IMG/VR virus record: IMGVR_UViG_3300017645_000114
Location: 1-33,742 of that record
Length of the DNA stretch: 33,742 bases
Reading direction: 5' to 3' (one strand)
Source of the DNA: a virus
Taxonomy: Duplodnaviria > Caudoviricetes
The notes beneath the pieces are model-generated. The model did not search any database. It had not been told where the DNA came from and saw only the letters and a list, made by a program, of their open reading frames with translations. Made by a program: the position numbers and the translations under genes. Positions 15,813 through 25,317 of this stretch are shown in pieces (the stretch's first letter is position 1; each line of letters begins with the position of its first letter).

Positions 15813-15838
15813 CGCAGCGAATCGTAAGAACCAACCTC

Positions 15839-15865
15839 AAGGGCCACGCATCGCGCGGCCTTTTC
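15839..15865 (+). terminator. Weak intrinsic terminator after the capsid gene
   Basis: AAGGGCCACGC-ATC-GCGCGGCCTT stem with one mismatch, running into TTTT. Confidence 0.5.
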
Positions 15866-15883
15866 CATTTCAGGAGACTCGTC

Positions 15884-16234
15884 ATGAAGAACTTCGTTCA
15901 GGCGGGCGACACCATCACCGTCGCTGCGCCCTACGACCGGACTTCCGGCCAAGCCGCTCAGGTGGGGCAGCTCTTCGGCGTCTGTACGGCAGACGCACTG
16001 AGCGGCGCCGACGTGGCGCTCAAGACCAGCGGCATCTTCGATCTCAACAAGATCGGCTCGCAAGCTTGGACGGTCGGCCAGTTGATCTACTGGGACAACA
16101 CGAACAAGCGCTGCACCAACGTCGCAACCGGCAATCTGCTGATCGGCGCCACCGTGTCCGCGGTAGACAATGCCGCCGGCAGCACGACCGGCCGCGTTCG
16201 GCTCAACGGCGTGACGCGCGCCAACGAAGCCTAA
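15884..16234 (+). CDS. DUF2190 capsid cement/decoration protein
   Basis: MKNFVQAGDTITVAAP, GIFDL.K, W..G..IYWD and GRVRLNG; CAGGAG RBS. Confidence 0.9.
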   Translation: MKNFVQAGDTITVAAPYDRTSGQAAQVGQLFGVCTADALSGADVALKTSGIFDLNKIGSQAWTVGQLIYWDNTNKRCTNVATGNLLIGATVSAVDNAAGSTTGRVRLNGVTRANEA

Positions 16235-16554
16235 TGAAGTCGGCCTTCGCCGCGGCGATCGACGCGATCTTTCGCGACACCAATGTTGCGGAAGATGCAC
16301 TCTGGCGAGCGGGTGGCGCGGGCGGCGGCGTTGCTGTCCGCATCGTGCGGAAGTCTCCGGACGAGATCGTCGGTTTCGGAAACAGCCGGGCGGTTCTGCC
16401 TACGGTGTTTATCGATACTCGTGTGTCCGAACTCCCCGCGCCGGCGGTGGGCGATACTGTGGAGATCAACGGCGATCTCTTCGACATTATCGGCACGCCG
16501 ACGCGGGATAGCCTCGGGCTCGTATGGACCTGCGAGGGGTCAGCGCACTCTTAA
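16234..16554 (+). CDS. Head-tail joining protein (gpFII-like)
   Basis: MKSAFAAAIDAIFRD...P..GDTVEI...P.RD..GLVW; TAATG coupling with DUF2190. Confidence 0.8.
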   Translation: MKSAFAAAIDAIFRDTNVAEDALWRAGGAGGGVAVRIVRKSPDEIVGFGNSRAVLPTVFIDTRVSELPAPAVGDTVEINGDLFDIIGTPTRDSLGLVWTCEGSAHS

Positions 16555-17600
16555 TGTCTGTGCTGGTGATGCATATCCGGCATGTGGGCATGCACATGCT
16601 TCAACGGGGCGTGGCGATGAGGATGTGTATGCGGCTCGCCGGGCGGATCGTCCGGACTATGCTCGTGCTGGTGATGGGCATCATGGACGTGTGGATGAAC
16701 ATGCTCCATCGCCTCATGAAAATGTTCGTGAGCGTGATGCTCGGTTACGTGAAGCCAGACACCAACCGCCATCAAGAAGCCGGCACACAAAATTTGAACT
16801 GACAAGGGCTCAGCCAGTGCAACAACCGCAACAACTGCTCCGATAAAGGGTGCCGTCGAAAAATACGCGCCGGTACGGGCAGTCCCAAGGTGCCGAAGGG
16901 CGACAACGAAAAGCGCCAAACTCACGCCGTAACCGAGGAACCCCACGGCACCGGCAACAAGTAGCGGTCCGATTGTGGGTAGGGATGCTCCCGCTGCTAC
17001 TCCAAGTATCAGATTCACCGGCCCGGCGATCAGCCCTTTCAAAGATACGATCTGGAGGGGATCTGACAGTGAAACCTTCCGAGTGAGGTTGTTGTCGAGG
17101 CCCCAGGCCACGCAGGCGCCGACAATTGCGATTGGACCGAGTAGTCCCGTAAGCGACGGTGTTCCCGACCACGAGAGGACCGCCGCACCCATCACGAGCA
17201 AAGCCATCCCGACTGCTATCCGGCGATCGAAGTTCTCGTGGAAAAGGAACCAAGCCATAAGAGCTGTCGCGACGCCTTCCAATGTGAGCAAGAGAGACGC
17301 CGAGGCGGCGTCGGTATGCATCAGGCCAACCATGAGCAAGATCGGCCCGACCACCCCGCCAACCCCAATCGCGCCGGCGAGCCAAGGCAGGTCCTTTCGC
17401 GTAAGCCGCGCCTCCTGGGCGGCACTGGTGCTGATCCGTCTCGTGATCAATCGCAGCAGCGCCACCCCAAGACCGGCGCCGCAATAGAGCAGGCCGGCGA
17501 GGATCAACGGATGAACGGTTCCGAGCAGCAGCTTCGCAGCCGGAGTGGACGCCCCAAATAGGGCAGCAGATATCAGGGCATAGAGAACAGCTCGGGTCAT
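16551..17600 (-). CDS. DMT/EamA-family transporter with His-rich C-terminal tail (moron)
   Basis: Two EamA repeats (AALFGASTP.AK, LLL.LE...TA..AW..F.E, WGLDNNLTRKVS, YFSTAPF.G); 25 His in the last 66 residues; antisense to the late operon. Confidence 0.9.
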   Translation of the reverse strand: MTRAVLYALISAALFGASTPAAKLLLGTVHPLILAGLLYCGAGLGVALLRLITRRISTSAAQEARLTRKDLPWLAGAIGVGGVVGPILLMVGLMHTDAASASLLLTLEGVATALMAWFLFHENFDRRIAVGMALLVMGAAVLSWSGTPSLTGLLGPIAIVGACVAWGLDNNLTRKVSLSDPLQIVSLKGLIAGPVNLILGVAAGASLPTIGPLLVAGAVGFLGYGVSLALFVVALRHLGTARTGAYFSTAPFIGAVVAVVALAEPLSVQILCAGFLMAVGVWLHVTEHHAHEHFHEAMEHVHPHVHDAHHQHEHSPDDPPGEPHTHPHRHAPLKHVHAHMPDMHHQHRH

Positions 17601-17655
17601 CAACGAGGCTTAGCATGAGGCGCCGTAATGGTCGCCCTTCGAACATCGTCATGTC

Positions 17656-18297
17656 ATGCGGCTAACCCTCAAATCTGACGAGCTTGGGCAAGTACTCAAG
17701 CCCGCGTACGAGGACACGGACAAGGCCGTGGCCCGGGCCATGGACGATGTCCAGACTGGGCTCAAGGACGAACTGCGGCAGCAAGTCATTGGAGTAGGCC
17801 TGGGTGCCCGCCTGGCGAAGACGTGGAGGGGCAAGCGCTTCCCCGAGGCGCGCCCCAGCATCAATTCCGCCGCCTATGTTTGGTCGCGCGCTCCCGACAT
17901 CGTCGACGCCTTCGAGCGCGGCGTTCCGATCGTGGCGCGCAACCGCCGCTTCCTCGCGGTCCCCACCAAGGACGCAGGCGTTAGCCACACGACGGTGAAG
18001 AACCGGCGGCTGACGCCCGCGATCTGGGAAACCGAGACCGGCGTCAAGCTGCGCTTCGTTCCGCTGTCCGGCCACGCGCTGCTTGTGACCGACGCATCCT
18101 ACGTGAGGCAACCCGCGCGATGGCGCCGGCGCAAGAAATTCGCGCCGATCCGAACACCGCTCAGCGGCGGACGACGCTTCGTCGTCATTTTTGTTCTCGT
18201 TCCGCTGGTCAAGCCTGGCAAGCGGCTCGATGTCGAAGGCGCAGGCGACCGTTGGGCTGATCGCGTGTCCGGCCTCATTGCGCAACATTGGAGGTAG
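17656..18297 (+). CDS. DUF6441-like neck/tail-completion protein (gpZ position)
   Basis: LK.ELR.Q....GLG.RLAKTWR, S.NSAA.VWSRAP.I..AFERG and IFVLVP.V motifs; synteny. Confidence 0.75.
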   Translation: MRLTLKSDELGQVLKPAYEDTDKAVARAMDDVQTGLKDELRQQVIGVGLGARLAKTWRGKRFPEARPSINSAAYVWSRAPDIVDAFERGVPIVARNRRFLAVPTKDAGVSHTTVKNRRLTPAIWETETGVKLRFVPLSGHALLVTDASYVRQPARWRRRKKFAPIRTPLSGGRRFVVIFVLVPLVKPGKRLDVEGAGDRWADRVSGLIAQHWR

Positions 18298-18300
18298 GAC

Positions 18301-18735
18301 ATGGCGAGCCGGCGAGAGCAGGTGATCGGCGCGATCAAGGCGCTTGTCACCGCCGCCCTGCCGTCCGCCGACGTGAAGCGCAACCTCGACAAGCCCGAGC
18401 GTATTCCGCCTGGCGGACTCGTCATTATCCGCGACGGAGATCCGGGCGAACCGGACGTTCTGCTGTCGCCGCTTACTTATGTTTATGCCCACCGCGTGCC
18501 GATCGAGGTCGCCGCCTTCGCGTCGGCGGCGCTCACGCGAGAGGAAGCAGTCGACCAAATGCTGAGCGCGATCGGCGCGGCAGTCGCCGCCGATCGGACG
18601 CTTGGCGGCCTTTGCGACTTCATCGAGCCCGAGGCGCCGTCTTCTGACGATCTGGAAACGGCGGGCGCGATCTCCGGCCGATGGGCCGACACGGCAATCG
18701 TCGCCCACTACGCGACGCCCGATCCGCTTACCTGA
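18301..18735 (+). CDS. Tail terminator (gpU-like)
   Basis: MASRREQV, PERIPPGGLVIIRDGDPGEP...LSP and ADRTLGGLCD; precedes the tail tube. Confidence 0.8.
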   Translation: MASRREQVIGAIKALVTAALPSADVKRNLDKPERIPPGGLVIIRDGDPGEPDVLLSPLTYVYAHRVPIEVAAFASAALTREEAVDQMLSAIGAAVAADRTLGGLCDFIEPEAPSSDDLETAGAISGRWADTAIVAHYATPDPLT

Positions 18736-18756
18736 AATCTTCTCAAGGAGGCTTCC

Positions 18757-20046
18757 ATGGCCCGTGCCCGCGGGGCCAATGCTGTCATGGCATTGGCCTT
18801 TGAATCGACCTATGGCGTCCCACCCGGTTCCGGCTTCAAGAAGGTGCCGTTCGTGTCCTCCGCACTCGGCGAGGAACAGAACCTCATCGAAAGCGACCTG
18901 CTTGGCTACGGCCGCGATCCGCAGCAGCCGGCGCGCGATGTCATCAACAATGACGGCGATGTGGTGGTCCCCCTCGATCTCCGGAATTTCGGGCACTGGC
19001 TCAAGCTGCTCTTGGGAGCGCCGACCACGACGCAGGGCGTGGCGGCGACCGGCGCCATCACCTTCAGCGCGCAGCCCGCGAACAACAGCACTATCACCAT
19101 CAACGGGACTGACTTTACGTTTGTCAACGGCACGCCTGCCGGCGCCGACGAGATCAAGATCGGCGCGACGCTCGCCGAGACGCTCGCCAACGCGGTGCTC
19201 GCGCTTAATGCCAGCACTGACATTGATGTGGACGACGCCACCTACATCGTGAGCATCGCCGGCACGGCGATCCTGATCACTCACAAGACCATCGGAACAA
19301 GCGGCAACAGCTTCACGGTCGCTGCGAGCTCGTCGCCCGCCTCGAACGGCACGCCTTCGGGGGCAACGCTCGCGGGCGGGTCGGCGAGCGGCCCTTACAA
19401 CCACGTCTTCCTTTCCGGGGCGCTCGCGCTGCCGTCTGCTGCGATCGAGGTCGGCATGCCGGACGTGCCGAGCTACGGCATGAATTTCGGGGCGATGGCG
19501 AACACGCTTTCGGTTCAGCTTCAGCGCTCCGGCCTTCTCAACGCCACCATCGGCATCATCGCGCAGGGCGAAACGCGATCAGGCTCGTCCGGCGCGGGTT
19601 CTCCGATCGAGTCCGTCATCGAGCGCTTCACGCAGTTCACCGGCCAGATCAGGCGGAACGGCGTGCCGCTCGGAAATGTCGTGTCCGGTCGGTTCAACTA
19701 CTCGAATGGGCTGGACAAGGTGGAGGTCATCCGCCCGGACGGCCGTATCGCCGGCGCCGATCCCGCCATGCTGGCCGTGAACGGCGAAATCGCCGTGCGT
19801 TTCGCCGATACCGCGCCTCTCGATTTGGCCGTCGCCGGCACCGCGATCGAGCTGGTCTTCGAGTGGCAGATCGCGGCCGGAAAGCTTCTCCGGCACACCG
19901 TCCATAACGTGTTCCTGCCGAAGCCGAAGCTGCCGATCACCGGACCGACCGGCGTGCAAGCGAGCTTCAGCTGGCAGGCTTCGGAACACCCAAGCCTGCA
20001 AACCACCTGCGCCGTCACGCTCATCAACGACGTGGCGTCCTACTGA
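18757..20046 (+). CDS. Major tail tube protein with an inserted beta-rich domain
   Basis: MARARGANA.MALAFESTYG, LGEEQ.LIESDLLG.GRDP and LPKPKLPITGP.GVQA.F.WQA; AGGAGG RBS. Confidence 0.9.
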   Translation: MARARGANAVMALAFESTYGVPPGSGFKKVPFVSSALGEEQNLIESDLLGYGRDPQQPARDVINNDGDVVVPLDLRNFGHWLKLLLGAPTTTQGVAATGAITFSAQPANNSTITINGTDFTFVNGTPAGADEIKIGATLAETLANAVLALNASTDIDVDDATYIVSIAGTAILITHKTIGTSGNSFTVAASSSPASNGTPSGATLAGGSASGPYNHVFLSGALALPSAAIEVGMPDVPSYGMNFGAMANTLSVQLQRSGLLNATIGIIAQGETRSGSSGAGSPIESVIERFTQFTGQIRRNGVPLGNVVSGRFNYSNGLDKVEVIRPDGRIAGADPAMLAVNGEIAVRFADTAPLDLAVAGTAIELVFEWQIAAGKLLRHTVHNVFLPKPKLPITGPTGVQASFSWQASEHPSLQTTCAVTLINDVASY

Positions 20047-20071
20047 CCCGTCATCCAACGGAGATACCGGC

Positions 20072-20512
20072 ATGCTCAGGCTCGCCGCGCAGCAGCGCGA
20101 ACCCTATTGGCTCGACCTTCTTCCCGGCGTCCGGATCAAGGTGCGGCCCGTCACCGTCGCGGCGATCATCGCCGCCAGGCAGGCGGCAGCAGAGGCGATG
20201 CAGTCCCAGGAGAGCGATGGTCTCTTCATCGGCAGCGCCGCCTTCACGCGCCGCGTCGCGCGATGGGGAATCCTTGAATGGGATGGCATCGGCGACGTGA
20301 ATGGCGAACCGGTCGGCCCGACGCCCGAGAATATCGATGGACTGCTTGAACTCTGGGAAGCGTTCGATGCGATCGACCGTCTCTATGTGGCGCCTGCGCT
20401 GATCGGGACGCAGGAAAAAAACGCATCCTCGCTCTCGCCGAGTGGCACTTCGGCGGGGGCGAAGCCTATTGCGCGGCGTGCCCGCAAGCTTGCGCAGGCT
20501 GTCCCTACCTAG
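20072..20512 (+). CDS. Tail assembly chaperone (gpG-like)
   Basis: EPYWLDLLPGVRIKVRP, ILEWDGIGD..G and EKN slippery-site codons; lies between tube and tape measure. Confidence 0.85.
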   Translation: MLRLAAQQREPYWLDLLPGVRIKVRPVTVAAIIAARQAAAEAMQSQESDGLFIGSAAFTRRVARWGILEWDGIGDVNGEPVGPTPENIDGLLELWEAFDAIDRLYVAPALIGTQEKNASSLSPSGTSAGAKPIARRARKLAQAVPT

Positions 20513-20733
20513 AGAACGCGCCCCAAACCGACGACGGCCGGGCCGCCTGGGAAGTCTTTCGCCGCTCGTCCGGCCAGGTTCGCGCGGTCATGAGCGGCGT
20601 ATACGGCCTCGACTTCGCGGCGGTCCTTTTGCTCGCCGATGCCATGGGCTCGCTCAGTCCGATCCTTGTCGACGCTCTGCCTGAGATCGAGCCGCTCGTG
20701 GTGCGCGCCTATGCCAAGGAAATCGAACCTTGA
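20416..20733 (+). CDS. -1 frameshift extension of the tail chaperone (gpGT-like; full product 20072-20733)
   Basis: A AAA AAC heptamer at 20416-20422. The -1 frame is open for ~104 codons (KRILALAEWHFGGGEAYCAACPQACAGCPY...GLDFAAV...LPEIE) to TGA 20731-20733, overlapping the TMP start. Confidence 0.85.
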   Translation, partial: KKRILALAEWHFGGGEAYCAACPQACAGCPYLENAPQTDDGRAAWEVFRRSSGQVRAVMSGVYGLDFAAVLLLADAMGSLSPILVDALPEIEPLVVRAYAKEIEP

Positions 20734-23700
20734 CCGACCGCAACGTCTCGATCCGCATTGGCGTCACCGGAAAGGATGACGTTCGACGCGCCTTCGAAGA
20801 AGTCGGCAAGGCGGGCCAGGACGCTTTCAATCGTACCACCACGGCGATCGACGCCGCGGGTGCGGCGACCGACCGCGAAACCCAGCGGCTTCAGCGCCTG
20901 GCGCAGGCCGCGCGGCAAGCGGCCAGCGCCGACGATGCCCAGCGCAAGTTCAACGCTTTCATGGGAATCGGGACGGCCAATGCCGGCTCGGCGCGCGACT
21001 CTGCCAAGGTGTTCGAGGAAGCCGCGAAGGCAACCGAGAACCTCGAAGCGCGCACCAAGGCGCTGCGCGCGCAGATCGATCCGCTTGGCGCCGCCCAGGC
21101 AAGGCTCAACGCCGAGATCGCCGAAGCGAACGCGCTGTTCAAGGCCGGAACAATCTCGGCGCGGGAACAGGCTGCGGCGCATCAGCTGGCCCAGAACCGT
21201 TTCAACGCCACCGCCCATGCGCTGAAGAGTGTTGGCGATGGATCGCGGCTTGCGAGCTATCAGGTCGTCAATCTCGGCTACCAGTTGAACGACGTGGTCG
21301 TCGGCCTTGCCAGCGGCCAACGCCCGCTGACTGTGCTTCTTCAGCAAGGCACCCAGATCGCGCAGGTATTCGCCGGTTCTGGGATGGGTGTCGGCGGCGT
21401 GCTCAAGGAGCTCGGCCGCATCGTGCTCGGGCTGGTGTCGCCCACGACGCTGCTGGTCGCCGGCCTCGCGGCCATCGGCGGCACCGCGCTTTATGCTTAC
21501 AACAGCTACATCACGGCGCAGAAGGAGCTTCAGGTCGCGACCGCCGGCGTCGGACGGGCCGCCGGCGCCACCGTCGACCAACTGAACCGCATCGCCGAGA
21601 GCGCCTCCGCGGCGGGCCGCATCTCGCTTGCAGCGGCGCGCGACATCGAGGTGGCGTTCCTTCGCACCGGCCGGATCGGCGTCGACCAGTTCGCCAGTCT
21701 GATCACCGCGGCGAAGAACTATGCGGCAACCACCGGCCAGGATATCGAGGCTGCCACAAAAGAGCTCGCTGCCGCTTTCGCCGATCCGGCCAAGGGCGTC
21801 GATCTGCTCAACGCCAAGGTCGGCGGCTACGACGACCGCACGCGGCAGCTTATCAAGACGCTCAGCAGCCAGAACGATCTCACCGCAGCGCAAAGGCTCC
21901 TGTTCGATGCCCTGAAGCCGTCTTTGATCGATGCCGCCGAGGCGACCACGGCGCTCGGCCGGGCCTGGGATTTTGTGACGCGCAACGCGTCGAACGCGCT
22001 GGATGCCATCGGCCGCGCCATTGATCGCGCCACCGATCCGACGCTGCAACAGCAGCTCGAGGAATTGCAGAAGGAGCGCGCCAGGGTCACTGGCCCTTGG
22101 GGCGCTCGCTATCTGTTCGAGCGCCCGCTCGCGACCATCGACGCCGACATTGCCAATGTCCGCCGGCAGATCGACGAGCTTCAGCGGCGTGCCGATCGGG
22201 CGAAGGTCGATGCGCTGGCTGCCCGCACGTCGGTGCTCGCAGGCGAAGTCGCACGCAACGTCACGCCAGGTTTCAACGATCTGCAAGGGCTGCGGCAACA
22301 GCAGGCCCTCCTCGCCGGTGCGCTGAACGATCCGCTGGCGCGGCAGAAGGTCGCCGATCTCGAACAGGTGGCGGCGGCCTACGACGCCGTGACGCGAGCG
22401 GTTCAGACGTGGCTTGCCCCGGCCGAGAAGGCCCGCCGGCTCGATGAACTGGAAATCCGGGCACTCGAAGCGAAGACGCCGGCTCAGCGTGCGGCCATCG
22501 CTGAAGAACGGCGTCGGATCGAACTGTCGGGGCAGGTCGTCACCACGGCCACGGCCGAAGCCGAGATCACGCGCGCCGGCGACAAAGCGCGCGCCGAGGC
22601 TATCAAGACCATTCGGGAGCAATCCCTCGCGCTCACGGTCAACGCGCGCGCCTCGCTCGATGTCGCGAACGCCTATCTGCAAGGCGCGGCAGCGGCACAG
22701 CAGGCCGAGGCGAAGCGCAAGGCGCTGACCGAGGCGATCCGCAACGGCGTCGATGTCGAGACGCGGATGCGCGAGATCCTGCGCGACGAGATCGCACAGA
22801 CCGCAGCGCAATCCGCGAAGTCGGTCTCGGACCTTGGCGCCCAAGCCGCCGCGCAGAGGCGACTGAACGATGCCATCGCGTCCGGTTCGATGACACTCGA
22901 ACAGGCGCGTCGCCAGATGCAGGTCGAGCAGTCGATTCGCCCGCTGCTTGTCGCGCAGTCGCTCGCCGAAGGTGACGCAAAAGCGACGCTCACGCGCGTC
23001 ATCGATGCGCTCCGCGCCGCCTATGGCAGGCTCAATGCCGAAGAGGCGCGGAATGCGGCGCTCGGCCAGATCGAAACCCAGAAGGACCAGATCGCGCTTC
23101 TCCAGCGGCAGATTGCGCTCGCCGGGACCAACGAGTCGCGCGCCGCGATCGAGATCGCGCAGCTTCAGGCCAAACAGCAGCTCGTTCAGCGCGGGATCGA
23201 TCTCAGTTCGCAGGAAGCCCAGGCCATCATCGCCAACGCCGGCGCGATCGAGCGCCTGAATCAGTCCCTTGCGCTGGCGCGGGCGTCGACCCAGGCGCTG
23301 ATGGGACTGACCGATACCGTGTTCAACCGCTTCGCCGACTTGATCGCCCAGGGCAAGACCGACTGGAAATCCTGGGCGGATGCCGGGCGGGCTGCGATCC
23401 TCGACATCAACAAGGAGCTTTTGAAGCTCGCCCTTCTCAATCCATTGAAGAACCTTCTGTTCGGCACCAACCTGCCGACCATGTCGTCGGTCGGCGGCAT
23501 CATCGGCTCGCTCCTCAAGGGCCTGAAATTCCACGAGGGCGGGGTTGCGGGCGTCGACGGGCAGCCGATCCTCTTGCCGTCGGCCGTATTCCGCCACGCG
23601 CCGCGCTTCCATGACGGCGCCTTCCTCTCGCCCGATGAGATCCCGGCGATCCTTCAACGCGGCGAGCGCGTCCTGAGCCGGCGGGAGGCGCAAAGCTACA

Positions 23701-23837
23701 ACGCGCGTGGTTCGTCAGGATCGCCCGTCGTCAACGTCACAATTCAGACGCCGAACCCGTCGGCCTTCCAGGCGAGCCGGACGCAGCTTGCCGCCGACCT
23801 CTCCCGCGCGGTGCAGATCGGCATGCGAGGAAGATAG
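20730..23837 (+). CDS. Tail tape measure protein
   Basis: 1035 aa, Ala/Gln-rich and helical; NLGYQLNDV..GLASGQ.P..VL.QQG.QI motif; C-terminal FH.GG...PDE.PAILQRGERVL. Confidence 0.93.
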   Translation: MTDRNVSIRIGVTGKDDVRRAFEEVGKAGQDAFNRTTTAIDAAGAATDRETQRLQRLAQAARQAASADDAQRKFNAFMGIGTANAGSARDSAKVFEEAAKATENLEARTKALRAQIDPLGAAQARLNAEIAEANALFKAGTISAREQAAAHQLAQNRFNATAHALKSVGDGSRLASYQVVNLGYQLNDVVVGLASGQRPLTVLLQQGTQIAQVFAGSGMGVGGVLKELGRIVLGLVSPTTLLVAGLAAIGGTALYAYNSYITAQKELQVATAGVGRAAGATVDQLNRIAESASAAGRISLAAARDIEVAFLRTGRIGVDQFASLITAAKNYAATTGQDIEAATKELAAAFADPAKGVDLLNAKVGGYDDRTRQLIKTLSSQNDLTAAQRLLFDALKPSLIDAAEATTALGRAWDFVTRNASNALDAIGRAIDRATDPTLQQQLEELQKERARVTGPWGARYLFERPLATIDADIANVRRQIDELQRRADRAKVDALAARTSVLAGEVARNVTPGFNDLQGLRQQQALLAGALNDPLARQKVADLEQVAAAYDAVTRAVQTWLAPAEKARRLDELEIRALEAKTPAQRAAIAEERRRIELSGQVVTTATAEAEITRAGDKARAEAIKTIREQSLALTVNARASLDVANAYLQGAAAAQQAEAKRKALTEAIRNGVDVETRMREILRDEIAQTAAQSAKSVSDLGAQAAAQRRLNDAIASGSMTLEQARRQMQVEQSIRPLLVAQSLAEGDAKATLTRVIDALRAAYGRLNAEEARNAALGQIETQKDQIALLQRQIALAGTNESRAAIEIAQLQAKQQLVQRGIDLSSQEAQAIIANAGAIERLNQSLALARASTQALMGLTDTVFNRFADLIAQGKTDWKSWADAGRAAILDINKELLKLALLNPLKNLLFGTNLPTMSSVGGIIGSLLKGLKFHEGGVAGVDGQPILLPSAVFRHAPRFHDGAFLSPDEIPAILQRGERVLSRREAQSYNARGSSGSPVVNVTIQTPNPSAFQASRTQLAADLSRAVQIGMRGR

Positions 23838-23839
23838 CC

Positions 23840-24430
23840 ATGCCGCAACCCTTCCTCGATATCACCTTTCCGAACGCGGTCGCTCGCGGCGCGACCGGCG
23901 GGCCGGGGTTCTCGACGAACGTCGTGACGCTTGGCTCCGGATCGGAGCGCCGTAACATTCAGTGGGCGAACGGACGCGGTGAATGGAACATCTCGACTGG
24001 CATCCGCACGCGGGCAGAAATGCAGGCGGTCATCGCCCACTTCTATGTCGTCAAAGGACGTGGCTACTCCTTCCGCTTCAAGGATTGGAACGACTATCAG
24101 GCGGCCGATGCGGCGATGGTCCAGACCACGCCGACCGTCTGGCAGCTGGTCAAGCGCTACAACGTCGGCGGCTATGAGCACGTCCGCGCGATCACCAAGC
24201 CGGTCTTGGGAACGGTTGCAATCAAGGTCGGCGGATCGCCTGTCACGCCGTCGGCCATCGATTATCTCACCGGTCGCGTGACGTTCGGCAGCGCGCCCGG
24301 ATCGGCGCCGACGGCGACCCTCGAGTTCGATGTGCCGGTTCGGTTCGATACCGATAAGCTGCCGGTTCAGGCGAATGCCTGGGACCAGCAGATCGTCCCG
24401 CAGATCAATCTGATCGAGGTCAACGAATGA
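23840..24430 (+). CDS. Distal tail protein, DUF2460 (RcGTA g12-like)
   Basis: GGPGFST.VV...SGSE.RN..W, FRFKDW.D and EFDVPVRFDTD. Confidence 0.9.
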   Translation: MPQPFLDITFPNAVARGATGGPGFSTNVVTLGSGSERRNIQWANGRGEWNISTGIRTRAEMQAVIAHFYVVKGRGYSFRFKDWNDYQAADAAMVQTTPTVWQLVKRYNVGGYEHVRAITKPVLGTVAIKVGGSPVTPSAIDYLTGRVTFGSAPGSAPTATLEFDVPVRFDTDKLPVQANAWDQQIVPQINLIEVNE

Positions 24431-25317
24431 AGACGCTCGATGCGGGGCTTACCGCGCATCTCGCCGGCGGCGTCACCACGCTTTGCCATTGCTGGCGGGT
24501 TCAGCGGCGGGATGGCTCGGTTCTGGGCTTCACCGATCATGATCGGGATCTCGTGATCGATGGCACCACCTACAAGGCGGCAAGCGGGTTCACTGCGACG
24601 GCGATCGAGGATCAGCTCGGTCTCGCCGTTTCGAATCTTGATGTCGACGGCGCGCTGTCGTCGGCGGCCATCACCGAGGACGATCTCAATGCCGGCCGCT
24701 ATGACGACGCGGCGGTCACGATCCTGCGGGTCAACTGGCAGGACGTGGCGCAGCGCGTGATCCTGCGCTCCGGCTTCCTCGGCCATGTCACCCGCGGCGA
24801 AACAGCCTTCTCGGCCGAGCTTCGCGGCCTTGCCGCAAACCTCGACCAGACCGCCGGCCGTGTATTCCAGCGATCCTGCGCCTGGGAGCTCGGCGATTCA
24901 CGTTGCGGGATCGACCTCGGCGCCGCGGCCCATCACGGCAGCGGAACGGTCGCAGGCGTCATCGGCAACTTCGACTTCACCGCCAGCGGGATCGGCGCGT
25001 TCGCATCCGGCATTTTCAGTCGTGGCAAGATCGTTTGGGCAACAGGGAGCAATGCCGGCCTCGAAATCGAAGTGAAGGCGCATTCTCAAGGCGCACCCAA
25101 CGCGCGGCTCTCGCTGTTCCTGCCGATGCCGCGCCCGATCATGGTCGGCGACACGTTTTCGATCACTGCGGGCTGCGATAAGCGCTTCGAGACCTGCCGC
25201 GATCGGTTCTCGAACGTCGTCAATTTCGGCGGCTTCCCGCACATGCCAGGCAACGACTACGCATTGTCTTACGCACGCCAAAGCGACCGCAACGACGGCA
25301 AGTCGTTCAATGACTAG
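24427..25317 (+). CDS. Baseplate hub, DUF2163 (RcGTA g13-like)
   Basis: TTLCHCW...R.DG..LGFTDHDRDL, C...LGD.RC and GCDK.F.TC..RF.N..NFGGFPH.PGND. Confidence 0.92.
   Translation: MKTLDAGLTAHLAGGVTTLCHCWRVQRRDGSVLGFTDHDRDLVIDGTTYKAASGFTATAIEDQLGLAVSNLDVDGALSSAAITEDDLNAGRYDDAAVTILRVNWQDVAQRVILRSGFLGHVTRGETAFSAELRGLAANLDQTAGRVFQRSCAWELGDSRCGIDLGAAAHHGSGTVAGVIGNFDFTASGIGAFASGIFSRGKIVWATGSNAGLEIEVKAHSQGAPNARLSLFLPMPRPIMVGDTFSITAGCDKRFETCRDRFSNVVNFGGFPHMPGNDYALSYARQSDRNDGKSFND

Noticed and set aside
17662-19404. 580-aa minus-strand ORF (similarly 10443-11942)
   Set aside because: Antisense to well-supported tail and terminase genes.
20709-23693. 994-aa minus-strand ORF
   Set aside because: Antisense shadow of the tape measure gene. 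High GC and codon bias suppress stops, and it has no motifs.
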